A DNA stretch of 64,000 nucleotides from Takakia lepidozioides (Eukaryota > Plantae > Bryophyta). The DNA is taken from assembly GCA_030704615.1 (NCBI GenBank), contig CM060731.1:63054001-63118000 (forward strand). Reading direction: 5' to 3'. The notes under the pieces were generated by a model that saw only the letters and a program-made list of their open reading frames with translations, ran no database searches and had not been told where the DNA came from. Positions 1 through 12,111 of this stretch are shown one piece after another. A program made the position numbers and the translations under genes. Positions within the stretch are counted from its first letter, which is position 1; the number at the start of each line of letters is the position of its first letter.

Positions 1-450
1 TAAGCTTAGAGTTCCAACCAAAGTCTTTATAAATAACAACATTTTTTTCTTACTTTGAATAGTTTATTACAACACATAAGTCAATTTTAACTTAATCCAA
101 ACTTTGGCCTAAATCAAGATCAAACTTGATATGCGACAATATTTTTGTCTTATAAACTTGATTTCTAAGATTTTATAGCAAATTGGAGAGATTATAATTA
201 TATAAAATTGATGACATATTAATTGTAGTCAATTTGATTGTCAAAGGGGTCCATACAATTAAGATATAGTTATATTTATAACATGATTGATGTTATAGTT
301 CGTGTCAAAATGTCAATGTTGACAAGTTTGAGAGTTTTAATTGATTCATTGGATGCACTAGCAAATGTAGTACCGGTTTAGGCTGCTCATATCACTGATC
401 ATCTGACATCACTTTAAATTTTTTCAATAAAATGGTATCTTGTTGAACTC

Positions 451-596
451 AGGTTGCACAAAATGACTCTCTGTAGACTAAATACGTGATTCAGCGTTAC
501 GTCGTAAGTTACATCATGACTCCGCATCCTAGCGTCAATTTGCTTCTTCGAATATTTTGGAATATTCACGTCACGTCACATCATTTTGTGCAACCT
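451..596. mobile_element. Small MITE-like element with 16-bp terminal inverted repeats
   Basis: AGGTTGCACAAAATGA (451-466) and its exact reverse complement TCATTTTGTGCAACCT (581-596); non-coding interior; no clear TSD. Confidence 0.45.
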
Positions 597-639
597 AGTT
601 GTTGTTTCTGTGACTAATTAACACATGACTGTCTGTAGA

Positions 640-2520
640 TATTTTATAGACATAATTATTGTCAACACACGATTAGCAATGCTATAAGACCTTTACAAAA
701 TACCATCTAATGCATGATAAAATGATAATATGTTGTTGTTCATGTAACTATTTAACACTTAGAGTTAAACCCTAAACCATTAATCATTAATACTTAGAAT
801 TAGACCCTAAAGCCCTGTTACTCAATGCCTAAACTTGTGACTCATGTGTTCTTCATAGCAATGTGCAAACTTACAAAATTTGCTATTAAACATGCAAATA
901 GTGACCAACTAAATATGCACAATAATAAGCTATTTGTAACCTCTGTAAAACTTAATTAACATGTGAGTGTGTACTTGACATTATTAAACACACATATCAA
1001 GTAGTTTAAAAAAACTCTACTACCAAACCTGCACACATTGACCCCACTAAATATGCCCAATAATAAATTAGTAGATTTTTATCGTTATTATATTTTATTA
1101 CTTAATACACGTGAGTGTGTTTCGATAGACATTGTAAACACCCCAAACAACCTAACCCACGTACAATGACCACCCAAATATATCCAATAGTAAATGGATA
1201 AATATACCTAAGTGTATTTTTATGAGCATGTTCTTGACAAACGTTGTCAACAGACACTTAGAAACCTAACCCACCCTAATTTGCCTAATAATAGGCTAGT
1301 AAAGTCTTGTCGTTCTTGTAATGAATTAGTTAATACACCTGAGCACGTTGTGTTTTTTGACACACATTGTCAACACATATTTAGCAACCTAATGTGCACA
1401 CAGTGACCACCTCGTTTATATGCCCAATAATAAGCTAGTATAATCATATTGTTTGCACAATTGATTAGTTAATATACCAGACAACCTAATCCACCAAAAA
1501 TTGCCTAAATAATAGTCTAATAAATTCTTATTGTTCCTGTAATGAATTAGTTAATACACTTAAGCATTGTGTTTTTTATAGACATTGTCCGGGTTGGTAT
1601 CGCGCGAGCACTGAGTTAAGAGAAACGGCGTGAGCACAAAACAAACCGCCGCGTGAGCAGAATCAACGGTTATGGGGGTAATATATACATCAGCAGAAAT
1701 ACAAATAATAGGCGGACCTAGGGACTTTACTGCGTTAATAGGGGATACATCGAATCTGATTACAACTTAAACGTGAAGATCAGAATGACGAAACTAGCAG
1801 ATGTCAAATAGTTTGAACCTTTCGCTGGCGAAACTAGGCAAAACCCATTTGCATTTTGCCGGCAAAACCCATTTTTTGGGTGGTTATTGGGGATGTTCTA
1901 AACATAATGTTACCAAATGCCACATTGTTTACGTGCGCTGATCTCTGGCAGATATATTTGTGGATCATTGTGCTCAGACGAGTTAAGCATTGGATGATTA
2001 ATTTCATGAATTTTTTCGCATAAGCACAATTTTCAAATAGTTTCGTATTTCTTACCGTGTGAGCGCATTTGGGTTTCACAATAGCATATTCTCAGGAATC
2101 TTTTGGAATACGCGGAATATTTATTTGTGCTCACGCCCGTTGGCGTGAGCCTGCTCACATGCTATCCAACCTCGGCATTGTCAACACACTCTTTAGTGCA
2201 ACCTAACATGCACATATACCACCTAATTTATATGTCCAATAATAAGTTAATAATTCTTGTTGTTCATGCAATTGATTAGGTAATATGCTTAAGTCACTTG
2301 TGTGTTCTTAATAGAGATTGTCAACACATACCTACCAACCTAACCTACTTAAATTTATCTAATAATAAGCTAATAAATTCTTGTTCATGTAATGAATTAA
2401 TTAATACACCTGAGCATTGTGTTCTTAACAGACATTGTCAATACACACTTAGTGCAAGCTAACTTGCACAAAGTCACTACCTAATTTAGATGCCCAATAA
2501 TAAGTTAAAGTAGATTATTA
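640..2520 (+). repeat. Degenerate AT-rich tandem repeat (units roughly 115-150 bp)
   Basis: Recurring motifs (G)ACATTGTCAACACAC, CAACCTAA and CCAATAATAAGCTA at ~658, 977, 1128, 1240, 1365, 1581, 2316 and 2432; interrupted by the element at 1590-2174. Confidence 0.7.
1590..2174. mobile_element. Non-autonomous hAT-like element (MITE) inserted in the tandem repeat
   Basis: Imperfect TIRs CGGGTTGGTATCGCGCGAGCA / TGCTCACATGCTATCCAACCTCG; 8-bp TSD ACATTGTC (1582-1589) / GCATTGTC (2175-2182); several subterminal GTGAGC motifs at both ends; removal restores the repeat unit. Confidence 0.7.
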
Positions 2521-3329
2521 CTAGGAGTCCTCAAGTGTTTGGAGTCCGTTTTTTTTTTCTTGTCAGCCTTTTGTCATTTGGAATGATTCCCTGCAGAGGA
2601 TCTCCTGAGTCTCTGTGTCTTGTTCAATCTTCCGCAATGCTGGGCTGATTTTGAAATTGACTTGCGCATAAGAACTTGGTGTCTTCTGCTTGGTGCCTGC
2701 CATTTTTCTTAGTCTCTCGGTTGCTGTAAGGAATTGGAGCACCAATTCCTGTATCACAAGGAGTATGAAACACACTGGAAGTTGTGTATACAGCAATTTC
2801 CAGTTTGCGGAAGAGAAAGTGAGGAGTTCGCTCATGGGTTTAAGTAGGGGTTCCTCTCTGTAGGTTTCTCCTCTAACTTCTCTCGAGGTTCTCGTGGAGG
2901 TAATTCTGTCCTGCTGGTTGCCTAGGTTTAAAGCGTATGTAGCTTTAATTGCTGAGCCCAGGCTTACCAAGAAGCATTTAGCCTCAGGTAACGATTTTGA
3001 GAAAACTTCATCCCTTTTGTGCTTGATTTTCTTCCGTCGATTTTTTTATTTTTTGCAAGTGGACCTTTATATCTCTACTTGAGATTGCTTTGGATGTTCT
3101 CTTCCATTGAACGAGAATGTAGCCCAAGAGGAGGGTGCGCACATTTTGCTGTTGTGACTTCTTTCAAAGCCATTTCAGCCGATTGTGTATAAGTTCAATA
3201 CTACAACGTGCATCGATCCACTTGGGTTGGTGACAGATGTACAAATGTTGGGCTGTCGTATTGCACTCTACACTCATAGGTTCATATGTAGGTCGCTGTT
3301 TTTTGTTGCTTACATCACTAGGGCCCATG

Positions 3330-4770
3330 GAAGTGGATATGGGGTAAAGATGAGGGAGAAATAGAGCCCTTGGTATACGGTAATCCCGAACACTGTCCGT
3401 GCCACTGAAATTGTTGGATGTAACCTATGTTGACTGCAGCTTTCTTATCGTAAGGATCGGCTGCTCGTTCACCTCGGCTATAGAGGTGTGAAGAACAATG
3501 GGGTGGATTTATGCCCTAAGACATCTACTCGGGTAAAAAGCCACTTTGCCCAATGTGGAGGCAATATTCCAATGTCTCTGGATCTCGACACGACCTCGTT
3601 AGGATGCCCCGATTAGTAGCCAATGGGACACTTGTGAGGCTTCAGGTATCTTTGGACAAGTGGGTTGTGTCAAAGTAACACATGCTTCAACACCTCTTTG
3701 TACCCCTACATTTCAACGGAGTAGATGATTACGGCAACAATCCATGCAGGAAGACCTTAGCTTGTCTGCATGGATAAAAAATGGACACAGTTTTTCTTCG
3801 ATGCCAACATACCGTTTAATGTGGCTTACAAGGCTTCCGGCATTTGTTTCTGCCGTTAGAGAAATCTTAGAGTCCAAATCCACGTACGTGCCTCCTTCTT
3901 ATCACAATCTCCGCACAAGATTGCTAGAAGACGTCATAACAGAGCTTACCCAAAATGTCAACGATAGGACGGACGAGTCTTTGAGAAAATATGGAAGCAC
4001 TATATGTGCCGATGGATGGAGTTTTGTTACAAACAGACCATTGATCAATGTCATGCTCGTATGTCCAGCTGGGGAAAATTCTTGGGATTGGTGGACACTA
4101 GTGGCGAGAAGAAAGATGGACGTTATCAATGTGGGTTATTGACGGACTTCATCGAACAGGTCGGAAGTGATAGAATCGTGCAAATATGCACGAATAATGC
4201 CGCTAACATGCGAACATGTTATTGGCACGATATCCCCATATGTACTACCAAGGCTGTGCAGCTCATATCCTTGACATCCTTTTTGAAGATTGGGAGAAAA
4301 AACAGTAGGTGAAACAACTTGTGCAGCTAATGAAGACCGTTGTGTCGTTTATTCGCACACACCACATCCTTTTGACAATATATAGGAGGCATGAACCAAA
4401 ATACAGCCTCCAGAATTTAGGCGAAACTCGTTTTGCCACTAACTTCTTGATGGTGGATCGGTTGGTGATGGTAAAGAGTAGTCTCGAGCACACCGTCATC
4501 GATCCTCAATGGGAGACGTATACATGGACGTTGCGGGACTCGAGAAAAGCCAAGTCAGTGGGCAAAAGTCGAAAGGTTCGCAACACCATTTGCAACGATG
4601 ATTTCTGGAAGAAATGTGAGAACTTTGTTTATATGATAGTGCCGGTGCTAATTGTCTTGCGGGAGTTTGATGGAAAACAACCAGTAATGGGCAAGACATG
4701 GTTACTAATGCAAAATATAGAGAATCATATCTAATCCATGAGGCATCTTCCTTTCTCCTTAGAACCATTT
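3330..4770 (+). mobile_element. Degenerate hAT transposase (BED-like N-terminus, DUF659/RNase H-like core)
   Basis: Frameshifted ORF pieces with hAT motifs PPSYHNLRTRLL, STICADGWS..NRPLINVM, EQVGSDRIVQICTNNAANM, ETRFATNFLMVDRL and DDFWKKC. Boundaries approximate. Confidence 0.9.
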
Positions 4771-5240
4771 TTTGATGTGGACGTTGGTGTGGCTTATAGA
4801 CGCCAGAGTTTGTTAGTTAGCTTCTCACGTGGGAATGTTCGATAGATTGCATATTGGGCGGGGGTCAGGGGGTTAGGCACAAGGTGCATCAGCCAAAATG
4901 GGTGAGTATGCGATATGGATGGGCTCCTATATGGGGGTTTTGTAATTTATTAGCTTATTATTTATTAAGAAAATTTAGATGGGTTAGGTTGGTAAGTGTA
5001 TGTTGACAATGTCCATGACGAACACACAAGTGACTCAGGTGTATATTTTAACTAATCAAGACTCAATTGCATGCGCCTTTTACTCCACGTTCGAGTGTCA
5101 ATCTAACGTATCACCTATGCCACCCAACGGTCCAATATGGAGACATTCTCTGGATTGTCTAGCCAAATTCAGGCATTTGTTGGGCTTGTGGGCATATAAG
5201 CTTGCTTGGTTATGTTGCAAAAGTGGCGTGGTTTGTGTAG

Positions 5241-5861
5241 ATGGAGGCAAAAGCTAGAGACAAGGAGCAACGTGAACTGGTGCTGAAGGGAAGACATGAA
5301 GGAGGGTTAGATAGCATCCAAGAAATGGAGAAGAAACGTTTGCTGATGCGTACTGCTGTGAACCTGGCACTGCATCTAACCACTCCCCCAACCTCTGTAC
5401 CACAGCACCTGCAGTCGCGTGTGACTGCCAGTGAACAGCACCTGGCTGCACTGCAAGCTGAGTGGTGTGTTTGCTCACTCCGCTGTTTGTTACCATCTTC
5501 GAACATAAAATAAAATGTGTTATTTTTCATGACAGCTGCATCTCAGCACCTTTTGTCAATATCCCAAATGTATTCAATGACCAGGGTTGGTTGCCTCCGA
5601 ATGATTCTGAGTGACGCTTGGAGCATCGTGACGAGTTTTGGATGTCATGAATTATACATGACTGGGTTAATATATTGTCACAACTGAAGGTTAAGATGTG
5701 GGTCCATTAATGCAGGGATGCAGTGAGCAACCCTTGGAGGAGAAGAAGGCTGAGCTGGAGAAAATTGCTTTAAGTGGCAAAGGGGAGCTGCATGGGAAGC
5801 TATGGCACATTAAAGAAATGCAGCAGCAAATGAAGCCCTTGGGTACCCTGCCTTGTGTTAG
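5241..5861 (+). pseudogene. CCDC22: CCDC22 (DUF812 coiled-coil) middle exons, segment B
   Basis: Exon 5241-5464 (AG acceptor; MEAKARDKEQ...LAALQAEW) and exon 5716-5861 (DAV/QPLEEKKAELEK...CVR; GT donor), with a 1-bp deletion near 5727. Resembles the 'QWDDVRLTLETKK' region of plant CCDC22 and joins in phase to segments A and C. Confidence 0.75.
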
Positions 5862-6316
5862 GTAGGTGTTTAGTTCTGCTGTGTTCGTCTGTGGGGTCGC
5901 TCATTTGCTAGGAAATTTCCTTGATGTCCTATTTCTCTACCAGTTGTTTACCCATTTGAAGAGGGATTCGGACCGCACTGTACCACCGTGGCTACTCTCA
6001 TGCATATGTACTCAAACACCATGCTCTTGTCCAGCTAGAGCTGGAGAAGATTGCTTTAAGTGGCAAAGGGGAGCTGCATGGGAAGCTAAGGCACATTAAA
6101 GAAATGCGGCAGCAAATGAAGCACCCTGCCTTGTGTTAGGTAGGTTTTTAGTTCTGCTGTGTTCGTCAGTGGGGTAGCTCATTTGCTAGGAAATTTCCTT
6201 GATGTCCTATTTCTCTACCAGTTGTTTACCCATTTGAAGAGGGATTCGGACCGCACTGTACCACCGTGGCTACTCTCATGCATATGTACTCAAACACCAT
6301 GCTCTTGTCCAGCTAG
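5753..6316 (+). repeat. Tandem duplication (~280 bp) of a partial CCDC22 exon plus following intron
   Basis: 5753-6038 and 6039-6316 are near-identical (AGCTGGAGAA...GTCCAGCTAG), with small deletions in the second copy. Confidence 0.9.
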
Positions 6317-6544
6317 GCTCTGCCCCGACATATTTCTATACAAGGCCTACCCATCAACACCCTCCCCCCCACTTCCCCATCCCCACAACTCACCATACAC
6401 TTTATTGAATTCACATTTTGCCATGACCGCTACCGAAATGACTCGATTCTAGAGAAACGCCAAAAATATGCCCCGCTCATCCTCGCAATCCGAAGACGGG
6501 GCTGGAAAAAGTGAGCCAATTTCAAAAGATGTCAAGCTATGCAC

Positions 6545-8074
6545 CTTGTCAGCCTGTGCAATGAGGCTTGCCAACTGCTCTTGAAGCTGTGCACTGACCA
6601 GGGTGTGCGTCTTTGCTTGATGCTGTCTGTCACCCACCTGAGCAACTACTGCCGCACCCCAACTTTCTTCCTGACCTAAAAGATGGGATATTTCCAAAGC
6701 ACAGGAACTGGCACCAGCAGTTCCAGGGCCCCTGTCCAGTAGTAATACACCTTTACTGATCACTTTGTGTCTCCACTGTTTGACCTGTTGGGCAAGCTGA
6801 GCCAGCTCTGCATCTTCCAAGCCTTTTGATGTCTTCACATTCAGCTCCAGGAGAGCTGGAAGCAGCCATGCCCTGGGCTTTGCCTGCAGGAAAACCAATG
6901 CTGGCTTTTTCTGCGCTTTCCCTTCAACAGCCCTGGAAGTACTCAGCCGTAAGGAACAAGTTCTGAAAGGAACCCCTACATCACCTTCGTCCTTTGCTGA
7001 TGTGTGTGCGGAAGCATGTGAGTGCACCACCGCGTGCTGTACTGTCGCACTCAGTTGTCAAGGGTGGGGGCGGCGTGCCCTTTTCGTCCTCTAGCAGACG
7101 GCGTTGAAGATCTGGAGAGCTGGTCCAGCAGAAAGCGGAGCAGGCGGTGTGTGTTGCTGTGTGATGGGTAAAGGAACTGCAGCACGCATGTCATGTCACT
7201 TCCCTCTTTCTACTCCAATCTTTCCTGCTCCTGCATGCATGGCCACCTTCCCTCTCCCTTTCACTCTGTACCTCCATTACCTTACCATGAACTATTTGAC
7301 TCTACAGCCTCCACCACATGATGAGTGTCAAGGATTGAATCAAATCCAATCATGATATACCTGGACAGCGCTAAATCCAACCATTTCTTGCACATTTCCA
7401 ACATTGCAGTGGGTATGATCTCGATGCATATTCTCCAGGAATAAGCCCAAGCTGCAAAGCCTACCTATCTGATCAGCCTAGCATCTACTGCCAAACATTC
7501 CCGTTCATCTGTATCTCGCTATGGAGCTCACTGCGAACGCCCATATACTGCAGCTCCCAGTGGGAACCAATCTTCTACTAAAAAACTTCAGATGATGCTA
7601 TACAGGAAGGGAACAGCTGACCAACTGCGGACTACTACAGCTAAAGTCTGCCGACCATCAGCAGTTGACCGACTCATCATTGTGAAAGCCCATTGTCTTA
7701 CAACTGTCCACCTAATTGCAGAACAATTAGATACCAAGAGCTATCTCATGTTGACAGAGAATTCAACCCTCACAAACAGAAAGCAAATGCAGATACATTG
7801 GACACTGGCCTGATGGAAGCTCAGGTTACCCTGATAGCCAAGCTGCTTGATGTCCAATGCCAAATCCATACACACTCGAAAGCGCTCGGCTGTGCCTGAT
7901 GGAAGCCCGCTGGTGGGCGGCGAGGTGCTAGAGCCACGCATCAGCGCCACAGCCTGCTCGCATATGACCACCAAGGCATTGGGACCTACTTCATGTACAC
8001 CCTTGGCCTCCATCGGCACGTTCACCTCCGGCCTGCTGCAGAGCTACCAACATAATCTGCTGTGCATCATCCAT
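6545..8074 (-). pseudogene. CCDC22: CCDC22 5' exons, segment A (N-terminal NN-CH-like domain and linker)
   Basis: ATG at 8074: MDDAQQIMLVALQQAG/(+1 frameshift)VNVPMEAKGVHEVGPNALVVICEQAV...ERFRVCMDLALDIKQLGYQGNLSFHQ, then degraded LFPS..LKFLVE(R)L. Matches the CCDC22 N-terminus (ERFRICTDIA..VKNLGY...FLVERL). Last exon ends ...LIAQADK with a GT donor at 6544. Confidence 0.85.
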
Positions 8075-8364
8075 CCCTCTCTCTCTCTCTCTCTCTCTCA
8101 AACCCACCCACCCACCTATGAGCTATGCTGCAGGCAACCCTTAAATCGTGGAACGCCCTTGGGCAGAGGCTTAGCCTTCGCAGAAAGCTAACGGAAGAGA
8201 CACACAATTCTCCATGACAGACGGTTAGGAGATAATTTACTGAACATTTAGAGTAGCTTAGGCAACCTCAAGTAAGCACTACATTATGTTTTTTCTACGG
8301 TCAAGGGGCACTAGTGTAAAGTACCCTTGTGGCCATTGATACAAAGGGACAGAAACTATCTTTG

Positions 8365-8720
8365 TCAGGGGCTGACGCCCGTGGTATGACTTACTTTGTA
8401 ACAGACAATTGATTCCCAGTTTCCCAGATTTCCTCTAGAAATCCCTGTACACAAGCATCAATCTGCTGTGTGTGATTTGCCCAATAACTCGGCCCCAAAA
8501 GGGACTGGGCTTGCTCAGCCTTGAGATTTGAAGTTGGTAAACAGAGGTACAGGCACAAATCCGTTGATGGATTTGAACAGCATGTCTCTCCGGTGAGAGT
8601 ATCCAGGGGCCAGGAGTGAATCAGAAAATTAATCTTGTCTTCAGGTTGCCCACACAACAGGCATTTGCAATCCCCTTTTCCTCTCTGCATCTGTTTGTTA
8701 CTCAAAGGTAGGCTTCCCGC
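8365..8720 (-). mobile_element. Dispersed LINE 3'-end remnant (copy 1)
   Basis: Encodes CKCLLCGQPED..HSWP and AEQAQSLLGPSYWANHTQQIDACVQGFLEEIW; homologous to copies at ~46.1, 57.6 and 58.9 kb. Confidence 0.55.
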
Positions 8721-9389
8721 CCTGAGTGTGCCATAGAAATAGAAAGGGCTGGCTGAAGCAGTGGGGCTAGAATTGAGAAGGCCTGAGCCACAAACATGAT
8801 GGAACCAATGACGTGATCTGAGGCTAACAGCTCGAAATGACAATAAAGACAAATGAATTTGACAGATCATAATAAAAGCATGAAACAAAAAGGAAGCTAG
8901 TCTTCTGACCACTAAAACTAACCAGTAACAGTAGTCCACCAAGATGATTTCTCAGTATGAAATTTGCACAACAGTGCCTCGGTGAAACAACCTGAGCTAT
9001 TCAAGGTTGTCTTGATTCCAGGGCCGCATATTTATCCATGCGTACTAAGAAGATCAAGAAATTTCTTCATCAGTATACATATGCAAAACTGCTAGATTCA
9101 TTATCCTTTGACCAACCATGCTACAATGGCAAAAACAAGACAAATCCACTACCAGAATTTTTATCACCACCCACTCTGAAAAATTAAACCTCGCTTCATT
9201 GGCTCTTATGTTACAGAGGCATTGGATGTCTTGCTCCATTGGCATACTTCGCTGTGTTGCAGTTCCAAAACAGGAGTGGTGAAGAAATTCATCTTTCTCC
9301 AGTAGCTTCACATTCTTCTCTCTGACTGCACCATCACGTGACACTTGTGCAGTGCAGCCGATGGTCGAGAGTGTTAGCCCCGCCATACA

Positions 9390-12111
9390 TCAAGCCATGA
9401 GGTCTTCAGATTGTCCAAAGTAGCATCCAGCGATGGTGATCATCAAGTTAAGCATGTGGAGTTCTTCATCATCCACTGACTCCTTAGTTGCACGAAGCAT
9501 CGCACACCTAACAACGAGTTAACAACCCAACCTTTACAATCAGTGAGTTTGCAGAGCTAACTCCTCCTAGTTGGGTGAAAAGTCTCAAGAGGAGCCTCAG
9601 TACCTCTTTCACAGCACATGACGTCCTATTTGCAAGTTTCAGTGGTACTTTAGCTGGTATTGAGCACAGATACAACTTATTGAGAGACACGAAGCAAGGC
9701 ACACATTACTCGGATGACAACCTGACTTTCACCAGTCTATGCGTGAGATACTGTTGTACCTTCTCAACAGTGCCCGAAAAGCAGCACTTGTCTGTGCATC
9801 TAAAGGCTTGTCAACCACAGCAGAGAGAGCAAATAGCCACAGGGCACGCTCTCAAGGTAATCCCTCCAACCTTTCTAACCATGCCACATGGTAACGGAAG
9901 AGAGACGCACGTGAGACCTCATCCAAACTTAACATTATCCCCAGCAGTGGTGGCTTCGGAACTCTTGATTCACCAAACATATCTTCCACTTTGTGCCCTG
10001 TGGTGCTACTTGGATCGGCACTGGTGGTTTTGAAACTCCCACCTTCATTTCCAGTGATGCTCTTTGTACTCACTTCAGTACTCAACAATTCGGACCCGAC
10101 CCCTATCTCTGAACATCTGTATCTTTCTAAACCCAAATTGTTCATGTTCGTTGCTAACTCAACAGCTGCTTCTTCAGTCTCTGCCTGTAGCTCTATATCA
10201 AGGGCCATGTTCTCCGTGTTGTCAGTCTCATCTCCTGTAGAGGCCAAGGATTCTTCTTCTGGGGAGGTAGTAACCATGCCAAACGAGAAGGCCTCCCATT
10301 CTGCCTGGCTATGAGTGGAAGGTAGAGGGCCCACATCGCACGCAGGCAGCTGTTTGATGCTTAAGACAGCCTACAACACAAATGAAGGATACCTTCAGTA
10401 ACTGATGAGAGCAATGCTAGACTTCTTTAACCAGGGAGAGAACCTCAACTGATGGGAAGTATCCAACCAGAGTCTGGATACAACATTGCTCGAAGAAATG
10501 GAGCTCACCATCCGAAGGTCCGAGAAATCTGCTAGAAACATTCTCTCCCATTCCTTTGATGGAAGCAAATGAGGAGCGCAAGGAGTCACAGAGGAAATGG
10601 ATGGCATGTATGGGGTCTGTTCTGCTGAAAGCTTGCATGGGTCAATTTTAGCTACCTTCACTTTAGGACATTGTGCTGCCTCCCATCTGCTTACCACCCC
10701 CAATCACCAACCCCCATCACCAGTTAAACCATTAGCTAATCCACAGTGGTAAGAAGGGAGCTGCACTGCTTTCGGAGTATATATGCACTTCAGCACAAGT
10801 GACCACATATGATATAGTGTCATTCCGATTGATATCACTACCAATGAGAAATTAGAAATACACATCTCTCCCCTTCCTATTGACTTCCTGCCTGATGGTG
10901 TAACCACAGAAAAGCCAAAGAGGGAAGACATCAGAAGTATCAGAACCCCTAGGGATTACAGTGCAAACTCACACAAAGCCGAATAAAAACAGAGAAGGGA
11001 AGGTGGCAGGCAATGTGCCTGACATGGCGCAAATACTCCCAGCCATCTTGTGGGGGTCCTGACTCGAAGTCAGGCTCCCCCTCTACAGCAAATGCCCGGG
11101 GCTGAAAGTTTTCAATCTCATCATCACTATCCTCTTCATAAAGCTCTGATTCTGCCGCTGCCACCACCCCAGGATGAGAGCCACTATCATGCCCATGATC
11201 AAGAATTTTCTGATTGTTGGAGGACGCTGTCGCTTCGTAGCCCAACTCGTGATGAATGTCGCCATCTGCATGGCACACTGTTGGTAAACATCTCTCTCCC
11301 TTAAGACACCAAGCCCTGAAACCTCACTACCCAATGCCAAACGCAAGAACGCCTTCCTGTCCCAGTTCGACGGCAGTACAATAAGAAACCATACCAGGCT
11401 CACTAATGGACGCATTCAATTTCTTAGCCGGGCGCTGCCGCCTGTCCGCATTCTTGTGTCGAGTGTGCACAAGCCCCACATCTAGCTGGTAAAGCTCGTC
11501 GGCAACAGACCCTATCTCAGCCATCACTTCATCCCACCTTCCTGGCGTGTGATCCACCCTGCCACGCAACGCTTGCAGCTCCTCCTTACGATACTGCAAT
11601 CTTTGTTTCCCTTCCCCTGATCTCAGGAAATCTTCAGCGGTTGCGTCCATGGGAAACGATTCACTCAGACCCATGGCGGGTATCTTTGTAACAAGGCCCG
11701 CCATGTTTCCATGCAGCACCCTAATAAGCAGTTATGTCCAGAGCTTCGGATCAAGGCAGGAGAAGGCTGCTCCAAGACTTCGATATCACCTGGGGCAAGG
11801 GCGGCTTGCTCTGCACCCGTGCTTCCGACTCAATTGTTAAGTAATTGGAAGGACACCGTCCCCTCGCATTGGCAAGACCCCTGGTGGTGAGAGAGAGGAG
11901 GGTTTGGAAGGTGATTGTAACTGGAAACACAAACGGGCGAGGGATCCCAAATTCAAAGCCCAGCTTAAGTAGAGAATGATCCCTTGTCAAGAACTGCAGT
12001 CATCTCAGAAAATTTGCACGAAGGAAGATAGGGTGGGGAGCTGAACTTAACAGCAAGACATTTTTCCCCTTCTTCATCCTCTGCTTTTGCTGCTGCAGCT
12101 GCTCCAGACAT
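9390..12111 (-). pseudogene. GEMIN2: GEMIN2/SIP1 (SMN-interacting protein) pseudogene
   Basis: Exons encode RAFAVEGEPDFESGPPQDGWEYLRHVR|WEAAQCPKVKVAKID...FLADFSDLRM|...LP*ERALWLFALSAVVDKPLDAQTSAAFRALLR|CAMLRA..LNLMITIAGCYFGQ. In-frame TGA at 9852-9854; further stops and frameshifts in the long first exon. The 5' start is tentative. Confidence 0.85.

Noticed and set aside
2563-3130. Minus-strand ORF, possibly a retroelement fragment
   Set aside because: No motif I can recognise; cannot be supported.
9852-9854. In-frame TGA codons as selenocysteine, readthrough or U-to-C editing sites
   Set aside because: The same genes also carry frameshifts or other stops; land plants lack Sec machinery and U-to-C editing is organellar.
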